The translations under genes were made by a program, and so were the position numbers. Shown here in pieces: positions 39,801 to 51,645 of a DNA stretch of 64,000 nt (positions are counted from its first letter, which is position 1; the number at the start of each line of letters is the position of its first letter). The notes under the pieces are model-generated. The model was not told the origin of the DNA. It searched no databases and worked only from the letters and a program-made list of their open reading frames with translations. The stretch lies in assembly GCF_031769215.1 (NCBI RefSeq), contig NW_026782137.1, forward strand, positions 744,001-808,000, written 5' to 3'. This DNA comes from Ylistrum balloti (Eukaryota).

Positions 39801-42800
39801 ATTTCTTGTATCATTGCCTTTATGCTCAAAACTTATGCTGTGGCGCGACGTCTTTACGTAGTCGGTCAACATTGCCTATAAATAATTTTCCTCTGAAAAG
39901 AAACACACATTTAGAATGGAGTCATAGTATTTGGCTGGTCCGACAACAGTTGCTAAAAGAAATGAAATCAAGAACAAAGTTATGAAAGCAATCTAGCTAC
40001 TTCTGATTAATCAAAATACACAAAATTATCATTTCTGCCACAAAGATTGACAAAATTGTCGAGAATTGATAACCTTGACCATGTCCAAGGCAACAATAAA
40101 CAAACTTTGTCATAACACTCAGCCATTGTATTTTTTTTCTCTAATTAACCAAAAACTATGTTTCTATCAACGTCATGAATTTAAATGAAAACCATTTATT
40201 ATCGGGTGAAAGAGTCTGAAGCGTTGAAACTCCTATACCGAAAGTTACGACTGTTTTTTTGTAAGTTATTAACATGCATAAAGCTTTCTTTTAACATTTT
40301 TGCTGGGCAGTTTTACTATATTTTAATTTTTCTAACTGTATTTGTATCACTATTTCTGTAAGTTGCTAATTTACAGTGTGTTTAAGGTAAACGTCTCACT
40401 TTATGTCGGTTTTATCTAGCTTTTATATTGTATGTTGACACCACAGCGATCGATATGAGAGGAAACATTTTTCTACCTACCTTTTTTAAGATGCCCGATG
40501 TTTTTATCGTATTTTCACTTGCATTTGATGATTCTGTCGATCGAATCGTAGTAACATTAAGACTGTATAGCTACTTAATTTTCTGTTTTGTTTAGTTTAT
40601 CATTAAAATTGCGGTTGTCGGCCGAAAACTACGATCTTGGAATGTCCTTATGTTTCAGTTGGTCAGATATAATAAAAACGTAACAAATAGGTTTCTTTCG
40701 ATCACCTTGGATTTTTCCTCAAATGCTTCAAAGATTTCCAAATTTTAGGTCGTATGAATCACTGATAAGCCATAAAAACACGAAACAACTGTATGATATG
40801 TCATGTTTGTCAGTACTCACAACTGTATCTAATTCTGAATTTGTATTGAATGATGCTACTCACATAAATGTTTTGTATCTTCATAAAACTGCATCCTTTT
40901 ATTCCCAGTTTCGTGATTATGATTAGCGCTTTTCACCATATACCTACAGGTGTTGGTAAACCATTTTTTGGAATGTAGGTCTTAAAAAGGCAAGTCAAAA
41001 ACCGTTCACTTTACAGCATTCATGCAATTAAGCTATTTGAAGGTAAGTTTTGTCTCTGAACGTCATTACAAAAAAGGCCAAACAAATATAAACTACATAT
41101 TTACCAAGAAAATACGTTTCATGTGATTTTTTTCAGAAGTTCAGAAGAGCTATTTTGAGAAATATTTTTGAAAAAGTCTTCTTTTCAAGTTCTACATGGT
41201 ATAGAGTCTTGGTATTTAGATTGATGACTTGACAAACTTTTAAGGTCACAGGAGTCAAACGTTAAAATCTTTAAATGGCTTTTTAGCAATTACCAAGCGA
41301 CACAGGATCATGATATTGAGCCTATAGTATACTTGAATGATGGTCAGTGAAATTTCACAAGGGTGAACTGTGTTTATTGTAAGAATTAGTCGGTATTCTT
41401 AGTACTTTGATTCATAGTAACCGAAAACCCTTACCCTAAACATTTATGCGCGCTAACATTTTCATGTTTGGATTTAAATTTACTCTTTTCTAGTTTTATT
41501 ATTACGATTTATAAATGGGTTTATTAACATTCCTCTTCTTTTCCAGCGTTATCGTAATTCATAATAGGATTTTAAAATCCTCTTTTCCAGTTTTATCATT
41601 TTGGTTCACAGTTGGAGTTCTCATCCCTTTTTTAATCACTATGACATTGAAATTAACTTTTTTTCCAGCCCCTCTTATTGATGTATTTGAGTATATATGA
41701 GAACAAATGGAAGTTAAATTATGAACGTTACAAAAAATGCTTTTTATTTGGAATTACAAGTCATATGAAGTGCATTTGGACAGTACGTCAATTATATGAA
41801 ACAAGTTGGAATCTTTCAATGCTTTGCTTTGACACGTTTGTGTAATGCCTTCGTCTATTTCTATAGAATTACCACCATCGTTGCTACGTCTTGACGCAGA
41901 TACCGTGTTTAGATATAAAACAGCTCTGCAAAGTGGAACGACGCCAGATCGTCATGTTCGAGTAATGGTTCTGGGACACAAGGGAGCTGGCAAAACTTCC
42001 TTATGTCGGCGATTACTTGATGAAGATCTTGAGGGAATTGAAAGTACAGAGGGCATAGATCTCTTCATCCAAAAGATAATAGTTCATCTTCAAACTGCTG
42101 AGTGGAAAGTACAAAACAAAGGTTTGATTTCGTTGTATACTTAAGAATGACTAGGAGAGAAACATTAAGATTTATAGTCATACCTTTATGCCGTTTACTC
42201 TTTTATTTAAGAATTAAAAGGATTATTCTTTTGTTTCATGCTAGTATGAAAGAAAAACCTATCTGCAAACTGAAAGAATGCATATACCTATCAAAGCCTA
42301 TAACTGAATTCTTAGGTAGGTTTCAAAATGTATTATTTTGATAATATAACGAAGGATTATTATATAGCAAATCACTACCACAACAGCTCACGAAGATTTT
42401 ATGGCACTGAAGTCCGTTTTTGGTTTACATCATTGAATGGCAGCGATCCAATCAAGATGAATGTGTAAACAGATATTGTCTCGCACTTTTTAATAGCACA
42501 TACTCAATTTGACAATGACAAGTTAAAGTTGTTGCTTCCACCAGGTGCAGAACTTGATAGTCCTATCAACAAGCTGGCAAAAGCGATGGACGACATCAAT
42601 TCGACAGATCCTCGCAAAATCAATACTACGAATGGAAATCAAACCCAAACTGTGCAACAACCAGCGAGGGATTCTAGTGATAACTTGGAAAATAACAGCT
42701 CAACCCCCGAAAAACAGACTGAAATAAGACAAAATGACAGCGATGACGAATTTGAAGATGCTGTGGAATTTTTACCGGAAATTGAGAGTCCAACTGTTAT

Positions 42801-45800
42801 GACGACGCTTGAGTCTCGTATATCCAATGATTTCCTAAATGAAGACCATGCCAGTATATCCCTTTTTGATTTCGCCGGTGAACAAATCTACTACTCTTCT
42901 CATCAGATTTTCCTTGCACCTGAATGTGTCTTCATCGTTGTGGTTGACCTTGATGAAGCAGAGAAGGCTCACAAATCTGTAACAGGTACGTTATACACTC
43001 TATATTTATATCCATGACCAAGTGAACTTGACCTTAAAAACCAGTATACAAGATTGTACAAAAAAGACAAGTGAATGGCGTCTTTTAATACAATATTAGA
43101 GTTATAGTAGTCTGCATCATGCAACTGTTTCATACTTTTATGACTCGTCAGTGATGCCAATGGCCTAAATTCAAGTGATGAAAAGAAAAGTCAAAATTTA
43201 GACGGAAGGTACTCTAGCTCCATAGTTTAAACATAGTTTATGTAATGAAAATTCATACGAGACTGTTCATATAAAGTAAGACCTATCGAGACTTGACGTT
43301 TACTATTTCCAGATGAAGCACGGTTCTGGCTGGCATCAATTCTTGATTATTCTACCATAAGAAAAGACTATGGGGATAAGATGGTGTTTCACTGCCCACC
43401 AGTATTTCTGGTCGGAACACATAAAGACAAGCTCCCATTCAAAGTGAGTTGTGAGTGTGACATACCTTTTTAAACTGTCTTGCAACTGATTCAGTATGAC
43501 ATGAGGTAATGGAATATTTTATTTAAATTTAAATATTTATTCGTGCACGTCTTGATCCAACTGTGCTCTGTCTAGTTTCAGTACAGTATAGTCACTTTAT
43601 GTACAATTTGTTTGTGCTGGCGACCTCTTGAGTGTGACAAGTGAACGGATACCTGATTCGATTACTGGTAGCTACTTTGTCGCATTTGAATATGTTTGTA
43701 ACTGTAATTGATTTATTTCCTAGGAATAGTATTGGTGAAATTCATGTTGATATTTGTTTACAGACAGACAGAGAGAAAGAGACGTTTGGACTGAAGACTT
43801 TGCAGGGTGTCCTTTCTATTCCCGAACTCAACTGCATAGAAAAAACTAAGTTTGCTGGCCTATATGTAGTAGATAATACTACAATTGATCCAGCGATGAG
43901 ATATTTAAAGACGGCTCTCCTTGATGCGGCCAAATCTCAAGATAAGTGGGAACGCCCTATTCCAACAAAGTGGTTGTCCTTGGAAAATGAAATTATGAAA
44001 TTTAAAGCAAAAGGAGAAAAGTTTTTGACTTTCGATTTCCTTTGTAAGTTAAACGCAGCTACCGAATGTCCCATGGAGTCAAATGCAGAGATAATTGCTT
44101 TTCTAAAATACCTACATGCGGAAGGCTTAGTCCTCTTCTTTGATGGAATGTGTGAGACGAACTTAATCATAATAGATCTGCAATGGGCAATCAATACTTT
44201 CAAACACATCATTGCTACCGAGAAAGTAATTAAGCGAATCTGCTCGCCCAGTCTCTACAGAATGCAACACATGCTGAACACTGAAGCGAAGCTTTTCCCA
44301 GAATACGTGAAAGAAATTCTTCAAAACTTCGATGTGAACCTCAACACGTCTGAGATAGAAAGCGTGCTAATGTTCATGGAGAAATTGAATCTAATATCAA
44401 AGTATTCGATGACACGACCTGATTACTGGATTGTACCATGTATGTTAAAAACCACACAACTCCTTACCGTTCTTGGAGAGTTGCAATTTGATCTGCAAGT
44501 CAAGACATGTGTCCTCTGCCTCGACACGCAAAGTACAGGAATGAGCAATGTATTTGCTAGCCAGCTAATGGCTGCATGCATAGAGAAATGGCCACTTGTA
44601 AAAGTGAAAGAGAAAAACGTTCTCTTTAGGGACATAGCTTCATTTAAGATTGACAGCTGTTGGAGAATACTGATATATCTTGACGAAGGTTTTGTACAAG
44701 TAGTGGTGTATAGGTATTCACAGACTGAAACCGACATTCCTCATGGAGTTGGCGTAGATGTACGCTTGTTTCTAGAGAACACATGCGTTTCTATAATAGA
44801 AAGAAATCAGAAAGTTGCTCGTGTGAGGAGTTGTGTACAGTGTACGCTGAAGAAAAAAGCAGAGAGCAACCCTGTGGAATGTGAATCGCTGTTGAAGTAT
44901 AGAGAGTTAGAATGTTGCGAGGGGACCTCCAGTCAACGTCACGTAATTGGACTGAAGTCTCTCCAACATTGGTTCAAACTAGAAAATATAAAAGTAAGCA
45001 TGAATGTGATACACGTAAGAAGGATTCTGACCAACAATTTTTCATACCACATATCTACATATAAATGAAGATCGTGTAAATAGCAGTAAAAGAATCATCG
45101 CAGAATTGCAACTAAATAAATATTTCTCAATGTAAATTCTAGTAAAAACGTTTCCTACATTTTGAAAAAATATTACAGAACCATAATGTGATATTCATTA
45201 TGCTAGCTCATCAATAGCGAGAAATTGTTATCCTTGCACTATTGAATTCTGATTTAATGTTTTCTGTTTTCCATAGATTGACCAGGGAAGCCGTTCGGAA
45301 CGTAAGTTTTGAGTCAGTGTTGAAGAAGAGGCTCATAAAAAATTACAATACAAAATAGAGCAATTGTTCTTGATTAGTAGCAATCTGTGTTCTTTTTTTA
45401 AATATGATCCCAGAGTGTTGCATTTCCCAGTCGGGAACATAAAAACGCTTTTGAATATGAATGCAGATGTACAACATGGGTTGTATCATCAGAACATCGT
45501 TAGACATATTTTAATTTCAAAAGTGGTCAAGTTGAAACTATTGCACCATTGAAGTAAGGTCATGTGTAGAATATGCCGTTACAATAGCGCTGTGAAGTTT
45601 TCGTTCCCGGTCATTAGTAAACAAATTTAGCCTCCTTATATGAAAACAAACAAAGTCGACGTAATACTTGGTTTCTAACCGTTAACAATTTTACCAGTAA
45701 AATCGACAGACATTGATAGTCAGAAAAAAGTAGATATTTTTTAAACGAACGCATCGCGTCACTTTCCCCCGCCAAACTTCCGTCCATCCCTCCGTCCGTT

Positions 45801-48456
45801 CTTCCGTCCGTCCGGATGCTGCTTTACGCATGATATTTTGTGAAGGAATGGTAGGATTTTCAGGATTTTTTGGTTGGTACACTTGTTACCCTAATCCCTT
45901 GCCCAAGTTTGATTAACGGCTAATTCCGCGCATATTTAATGAGGCTGCTGTGACCTGATTTACTGATTTCTTTAATCACTCTCTGGAAAATCTTGCACAT
46001 TATCTTACGAAGGAATTTTTAGGAAACTTGCTTTGTAGACTTACAACCTTAATCCTTGTTCAGGTTCGATTATCGTAAATTCTATGCATAGTTTAGGAGA
46101 CTGCTGTGACCTGATTGGCTGGTATCTTTCTGCACTCTAACTAAATGTTTTCGGAACATGATAATTTTGAAGGAATAAATGAATTATGATGAGACTTGCT
46201 TGGTAGACTTGTTACCTTAAACCCTTGTTCAAGTTTGATTATCGGCAAATTCTGTGCATATGTAATAAGGCTGATGTGACCTCATTGGCTGATATCTTTC
46301 CCAGTTCCATGTTGCTCACTTTACATGTATACATTTTACAAGTGAACATGGACGGGGTGTCTCGATGGCTATGCCCTTGTTTCCTCTTTGATTATAGGAA
46401 CACCTCGTGGAGTTTCGATCTCGAACGAAGTGATAACACGCCAACACGAAATGTTCCCCAAATTTCCACGACTAAGCATCAGACAGCGTACAAGATCGGC
46501 AATTATTCCACAAGGCAAGAATTAAAAAACCTACGTTCATACAGCCATATTTTACATAATCTAACATATCAGTAAGCCATACCTCATAGTTAAAGATCCT
46601 TGTTAATCTGTCAGTGATGGTTGTGCTTCATTGTATTACAACTCGGACTCAACGAGGGTCATTCATGATATGAGAATGTATCGCATACAGCTTAACCTCC
46701 GATTTCTTTTTGTAAATTTGTATCTTTTGAACAAGAAGCTAAATAGGCTTGCATCGGTCACCTTGTATTTATTGTTTTCAGGAATACATTATTCCACATC
46801 TTTGACTTTCATAGCTTTAGTTGTTGAGAAGTTATTTGATGATTTTTAACTTTGATCTTAAATATAGGTCAAGGTAATTTCCTTTAACAAACTTTGTCTG
46901 GCTGCATCCTAGTAACCTACCAGCTGAATAATAGTATAATAGGCCTTCTTATTATTGAGAAGTTGTTTAATTTGGAAACTTGACGACAGACAACAAACCA
47001 CAGACGCCTCTCCACAACATAACCAAACCCAGCCCTTCGGGCTAGGTGACCTAACAATAATGTGAGTGAAAAATGCTATCTTTTACAGACGCTACTGCCA
47101 ATATTGGAAAAAACGTTTTCATGAAGAGTTATGACGACTCTTTCACAGAGACGGTCATGAAGGTATTGCTATCTTGTTGCGGTTCAGTTGGGATGTTAAA
47201 GTCAGACTACGGAACCTGTACTGTCTTTAGAGTGGGGGCGAACAGAGTATTGACCACATTCCATCTTGTCAACAAAATAATACGTAAGTGGCTATCATAT
47301 CAAAAGAACACTCATAGATGTTTTGTCGGTTCAACAACCTCAAAAGTTCACAACTTCACAATGGAGTTAAGACGAACTTAGTAAAAGACCAGAAAAGATC
47401 ATATTTATGACGAGAACATTGAAATTACATGTTCATCAATAAAGTTAAAAGTCACGTGAATTGATGGTATGTTTCTTTTGAGAAAATGTCGATAAAGCTT
47501 TAGTCCACCAGCGTCGAGTGTATTGCTGAAATCTTACTTCGACAAGGCAATGGTCCGTCCATCTATCCTTAATAATTCCATGTATCAAACTGATCTTTCT
47601 GAAATACTTAAAACGTTTTTTTCGCTTTTTTACCCGGCTGTTTATATCAAATCTTTAGAATGATCAAGAGAACAAGCTGTTATAATGGTTTTTGACCATT
47701 AGTTGTTCCTAATTGAAGTGAAATATATGGCAGATTTCAAAATTGATTGCGATAATTCTTTACACTGCAGTTGAGAAAACAATGGATGGCTATATGTGGA
47801 ATTTGGACAACCTCGCCCGGGAAGACACGGTCGTGATTTTCAATCCTGGATCAGTATTTAGGCTTCGTCCATACCTGGAAGCATATGATTATGATCTCGA
47901 CTACGCTGTTCTATCCTTGAATCTCACGAATGATCAGAATCTCCCTGAACCTCTCATTCCTTTGTCTACAAATGACATCCCAGGCAGACTTGCAGCGGTT
48001 ATTGGTTTTGGACATGCTGAACACGACGAAAGAACGATCGATCCACACGTGCCAATCCTGTCCAGTTCTGATGAACAATTGCAGCAAGCACAGATATGGG
48101 TCCAAGAAAATGAGCCAAATATTCAGGAAAGTCTTAAATTCAATGGGGAAAACGAATACAAGGTTTCCGAAGCGTATGCTATTGTGAATAAAAAAGACAG
48201 ATTATGCATTAGTTCAACCTTGCAAAAAGGTGGGTCGGGGTCACCTGGAATAGTGTTGACCCCGAATGGTCCACGCGTTCTAATCATGCTACAAGGCGGA
48301 CTGCCTTCCTTCTACTGGGCGATACCTCAGGAACTCAGATGCTATATTCCTATAGCCTGCAGGGTTGAATATGGAATTTCCATGTGGGCTATACGTAATC
48401 ACATTGAAGAAGTAGCCCTACGCCCTGATATTCGACAAGATATATTTGGAAACTGA
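32773..48456 (+). CDS. ROCO-family protein: PH - ARM-like - Roc GTPase - COR - FAM111-like trypsin-fold serine protease (~1,449 aa)
   Basis: 14 GT-AG exons in consistent phase: 32773-32885, 33297-33460, 33984-34200, 35392-35656, 35985-36120, 36383-36771, 38625-38727, 41867-42121, 42545-42985, 43313-43443, 43764-44993, 45277-45301, 47089-47283, 47771-48456 (sum 4350 nt = 1450 codons including stop). Motifs: PH (YSGWLRIKTRFFGSKRAFFVLCNGRLNYY...LKADTQSCRDRWIRELE); Roc (VMVLGHKGAGKTSL, STEGID, LFDFAGEQIYYSSHQIFL, PPVFLVGTHKD); COR (WERPIPTKWLSLE, FLKYLHAEGLVLFF, IIIDLQW, WIVPCML); protease (VLTTFHLV, DLDYAVL, KGGSGSPG). The exon 3-4 junction is the least certain. Confidence 0.8.
33729..33797. repeat. 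(TC)n microsatellite
   Basis: Pure TC run; it explains the SLSL ORF 33660-33968. Confidence 0.95.
34785..35260 (+). mobile_element. HINE/Helentron-like non-autonomous element with (GTCC)n tract
   Basis: TACTTCCGCAACGAAGTTCGGGGAAC...TGTCCGTCCGTCCGTCCG...GGGGAGCGGGGGCATTAT, an organisation typical of invertebrate Helentron-associated elements. Confidence 0.6.
36868..37022. mobile_element. Degenerate Tc1/mariner(pogo)-type MITE
   Basis: Imperfect terminal inverted repeats TACAACCGAACCTCATAATCTTGAAATC and GAGTTCGAGATAGCGAGGATCGATAC, resembling TACAGTCGAACCTCGTTATCTCGAACTC-type TIRs. Confidence 0.6.
37090..37610 (-). mobile_element. Penelope-like retroelement remnant (RT C-terminus), frameshifted
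   Basis: Minus-strand translation NFPFLDSNIPAS...LTDKLVTQVFKRCKLMKVMGNANGRHSGLI resembles the NFPFLxSNIP...LxxKLLxQG...FYGRHxDLV signature of invertebrate Penelope-like RTs; the frame is broken. Confidence 0.65.
45750..46330. mobile_element. Interspersed repeat with (CCGT)n tract and ~110-bp internal subrepeats (HINE-like)
   Basis: TTCCGTCCATCCCTCCGTCCGTTCTTCCGTCCGTCCGG, then three related units containing (G)CT(G)CTGTGACCT(G/C)ATT. Confidence 0.45.
46780..47055 (+). mobile_element. 3' end of Helentron/HINE-like element
   Basis: GACGACAGACAAC..., then the terminal hairpin ACCCAGCC-CTTC-GGGCTAGGT-GACCTAA, ending ~35 bp before the first protease exon. Confidence 0.55.
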
Positions 48457-48774
48457 CTAGACATTGTTCACGAAGAAAGCTTTCCAGAAATAAATATATG
48501 CTCTTGAATTGAACATCAAATTTCAACTAGAATACATATCAATATTAAAAAAAGTTTTGTAACTATACAATACAAACGTTTTCCCACAAATTATTAAGTC
48601 AATTCAAAAGTTGATTTGAAAGTTGTAACCAAGGTCATAAGACAGGCTATCATTAATGTGTTTCAAGGGTTTTTCTTTTGATATTGAAGTTTTCAATTTG
48701 CTAAACATTGAAATTGGAGTAAAGTTAGCACAAAACTAAAGGTTAAAGGGCAGTAAGTGGAAAGAGGAAGCTAT

Positions 48775-48940
48775 ATCAAATGTTTAGTATGCCAAATAGT
48801 ATATACTTTCATTTGTATCAAATGTTTAGTGTGCCAAATAGTATATACTTTCATTTGTATCAAATGTTTAGTGTGCCAAATAGTATATACTTTCATTTAT
48901 ATCAAATGTTTAGTATGCCAAATAGTATATACTTTCATTA
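48775..48940. repeat. 42-bp tandem repeat, 4 copies
   Basis: TATCAAATGTTTAGT(A/G)TGCCAAATAGTATATACTTTCATTT(G/A) units. Confidence 0.95.
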
Positions 48941-51645
48941 TTGAAATTTCTCGTATTGATGAATCACGTTTCACATAATCTTGATATTAACATTAAATTA
49001 CTTGAGTTTAATAAACGGATCTGTCATCCAAACCCACTCAATTACACACGTGTGCAGTTACACTTAGATTTAGGAGATGTATGTTCCCCCTACTGACCAG
49101 TACTTGGTCATCACGGAGCTAAACAAACATGATCACAGAACACCGTATGTCTTCTTGTCAAGTTTCTCTACCCTTATCTCCCAGTTTGACCAGTCTGGAG
49201 TTTGGTCACATGACCATGGTCATTTCTGCTCAGAAGTTCTTGCCAAATGTTAGTTTTAACTGGAACCATATAATAACATAACATAGAGTATAATGATTCT
49301 AGTCTGCTGCTATACAACGGCTTTGGTAAGATGGTAAAAATAGGCCCAAATTATGTAACTCCCAATTCTTGCTGACCCATGGATATTTGAATGGCTGAGT
49401 TTTTGCAGACTGAACTTTGTTACCCATGAGCTCTCAGTTTGCCATAGTTCCAGTCATGTTTGCTAAGGGTTGTTAGCCATACCTTCTCAACATTATGTCC
49501 TTCAGCACTATGATAGCCATAGCTCTCGGCTTTTGGTTACTCCTAAAGTGACTAGTACCACTGTCAAAACTTGTTCATAATTAATGTCACATTATTTGCT
49601 ATTTGTTATGTAAATTGATTCCAATTATTTTGGTGTGGTGTACATTATCTATATAATGGTTTATTTATAAATAATTTGCCAAATAACTGTGATTTTTTAA
49701 TGGTCAGTGGTTTTAACAGGCTGATTCTGATGTGCAAATAGCTAGTTTTTCCAACACTACATGCGAGATGAAGCTTTGCGTTGTGCCTGCAGTCAATTGA
49801 TTTCAGTGCAGTATTTTAAAATTGAATGCATAGATTTAAAAACAATGCATGGCAGTATGTATAGAGGGCACAAAAATGTTTGATAACTGTATCAATATTC
49901 ATCTTGCCAAAGTGAAGTTTTAGACCAAATGTCATAATGATACATTTTTACTACTGGACCCTGTCCTTATAATCCCAGCTGATGTCAAGTTTATATATAT
50001 ATATATATATATCAAACATGGCCATACAGTCAGAGTCATGTTTCATACCAGCCCTTGTCCCTTTTACCCAGAATTATTGTACTGTGTAATATTTGTACAT
50101 TCAAGTAATATTAGCCATTAACATATAATAGCTGATTTTGTTAGCTGATGTAATTTTAAAAGATCATCTATTTATCTAAATTTGTCAATATATTTCGTTT
50201 TCTGAAGAGGTTTAAGTAAGAAACAAAGGAACAATATTACTAACCTACAAGGAACTTTGAAAATAGTGAAATTGCTTGTAAATGTATATTAATACTACAG
50301 CATAGAGATAATTCTCTCTTCATAAGACCTTAGATTATATCCAGGACCTCTATATTTTAATACAGGCCATGAAAGTCTTTTTCAAGATTCACTAGACAGT
50401 AAATCTGGTCTAACCAGTCGAACCATTAACACCATAAAACAAAGTGGCCCTGATTTCAGCTTCTGAAATATGGAAGATTACACCATGGCCATGCACATTA
50501 CCAGGTATCATGAAGATCTTCCATTCATTTTCATTCAAATGAGATTCATAAAACAAGACTTGGCATTTTTGCATTTGGTGAGGTAAACTGAATATATGGA
50601 ATGGAAATAATATGAGATTACTCTTGTACCATAACATATATTTTTGCTTATGAAAACAACATTTCGTTAGACTGATACACAATCTAAACTGGAATTACAT
50701 CACAATAGCAACTATGGGAACCTTCAGCCAATCAGAGCTCAGTTTGGTCACATTACACATTTAAGTAAGCATATACATTGATAAAGGGATAACAGGGCAA
50801 TTATGCAATTTATATTCATATTCATCAAAATCGGTGAATACAGAATGGGTAGTATTCCCCATGGTAAACAATATCCTATTTGATAATGAAGAAATGCTGA
50901 GAACTGTAATTTTGTATTGTATTTGATAATAAATGGAAATGAAAAAAGAATAGAAATTATTTGTTCATCTTTTTATTCTGTGATAAGTGATGATGAATAT
51001 GATAATTGTTATGAATGAATCCCCTAGTACAGGATGTCACCTTGATGAAGGCGAGATGAATTTCACTCAATGAAATTATATCCTGACCCACATCACTTTC
51101 CTCGTCTACTGATGTGTAAAATACGCTCTAACATTGTCACAGCTTAAACACACTTCAAGTTTCATTCTACTGATGTGGGCAATAGCCTCTAACATTCACA
51201 CACCTTATACACATCCTTACTTTGTCCTGTCCTCTTTACTTAACTTCATATGTAACTCTAATTTGATACCTAATCCCTTTTATTCTGTTCCTTTTCTCAC
51301 ATACACAGACTTTCTAGTACTTAACAATTCCCTGTAATCAACAGCAATCTCTAGCAGTGAAGTTTCCAGATTGCCAAGTTCTTTTCCCATCAACATCAAT
51401 CTAGTATTCAGTAGAAGCCTGTATTTATAGCAGAACTGTTCCAGCTAGTCACAAACAAAATATAAAGCAATGATGCTAAAAATTGTCTGCTGAGCTGTGG
51501 TCTCACAGACATACCAGAAAATACAATAATGATCTAGATATATGCCTCTGATATGTTTTGTTGTTTACACTGTCAACATTTGGGAATGTTGATGCAGACA
51601 CTTTTGGCTTTATTGTTCCTATTTGACACTCTCCTATCTGGAACA

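Noticed and set aside
32773-48456. Recent horizontal transfer of a bacterial Roc-COR-trypsin gene
   Set aside because: It has thirteen spliceosomal introns, host-like composition, FAM111-like (animal) protease motifs and invertebrate-type COR features.
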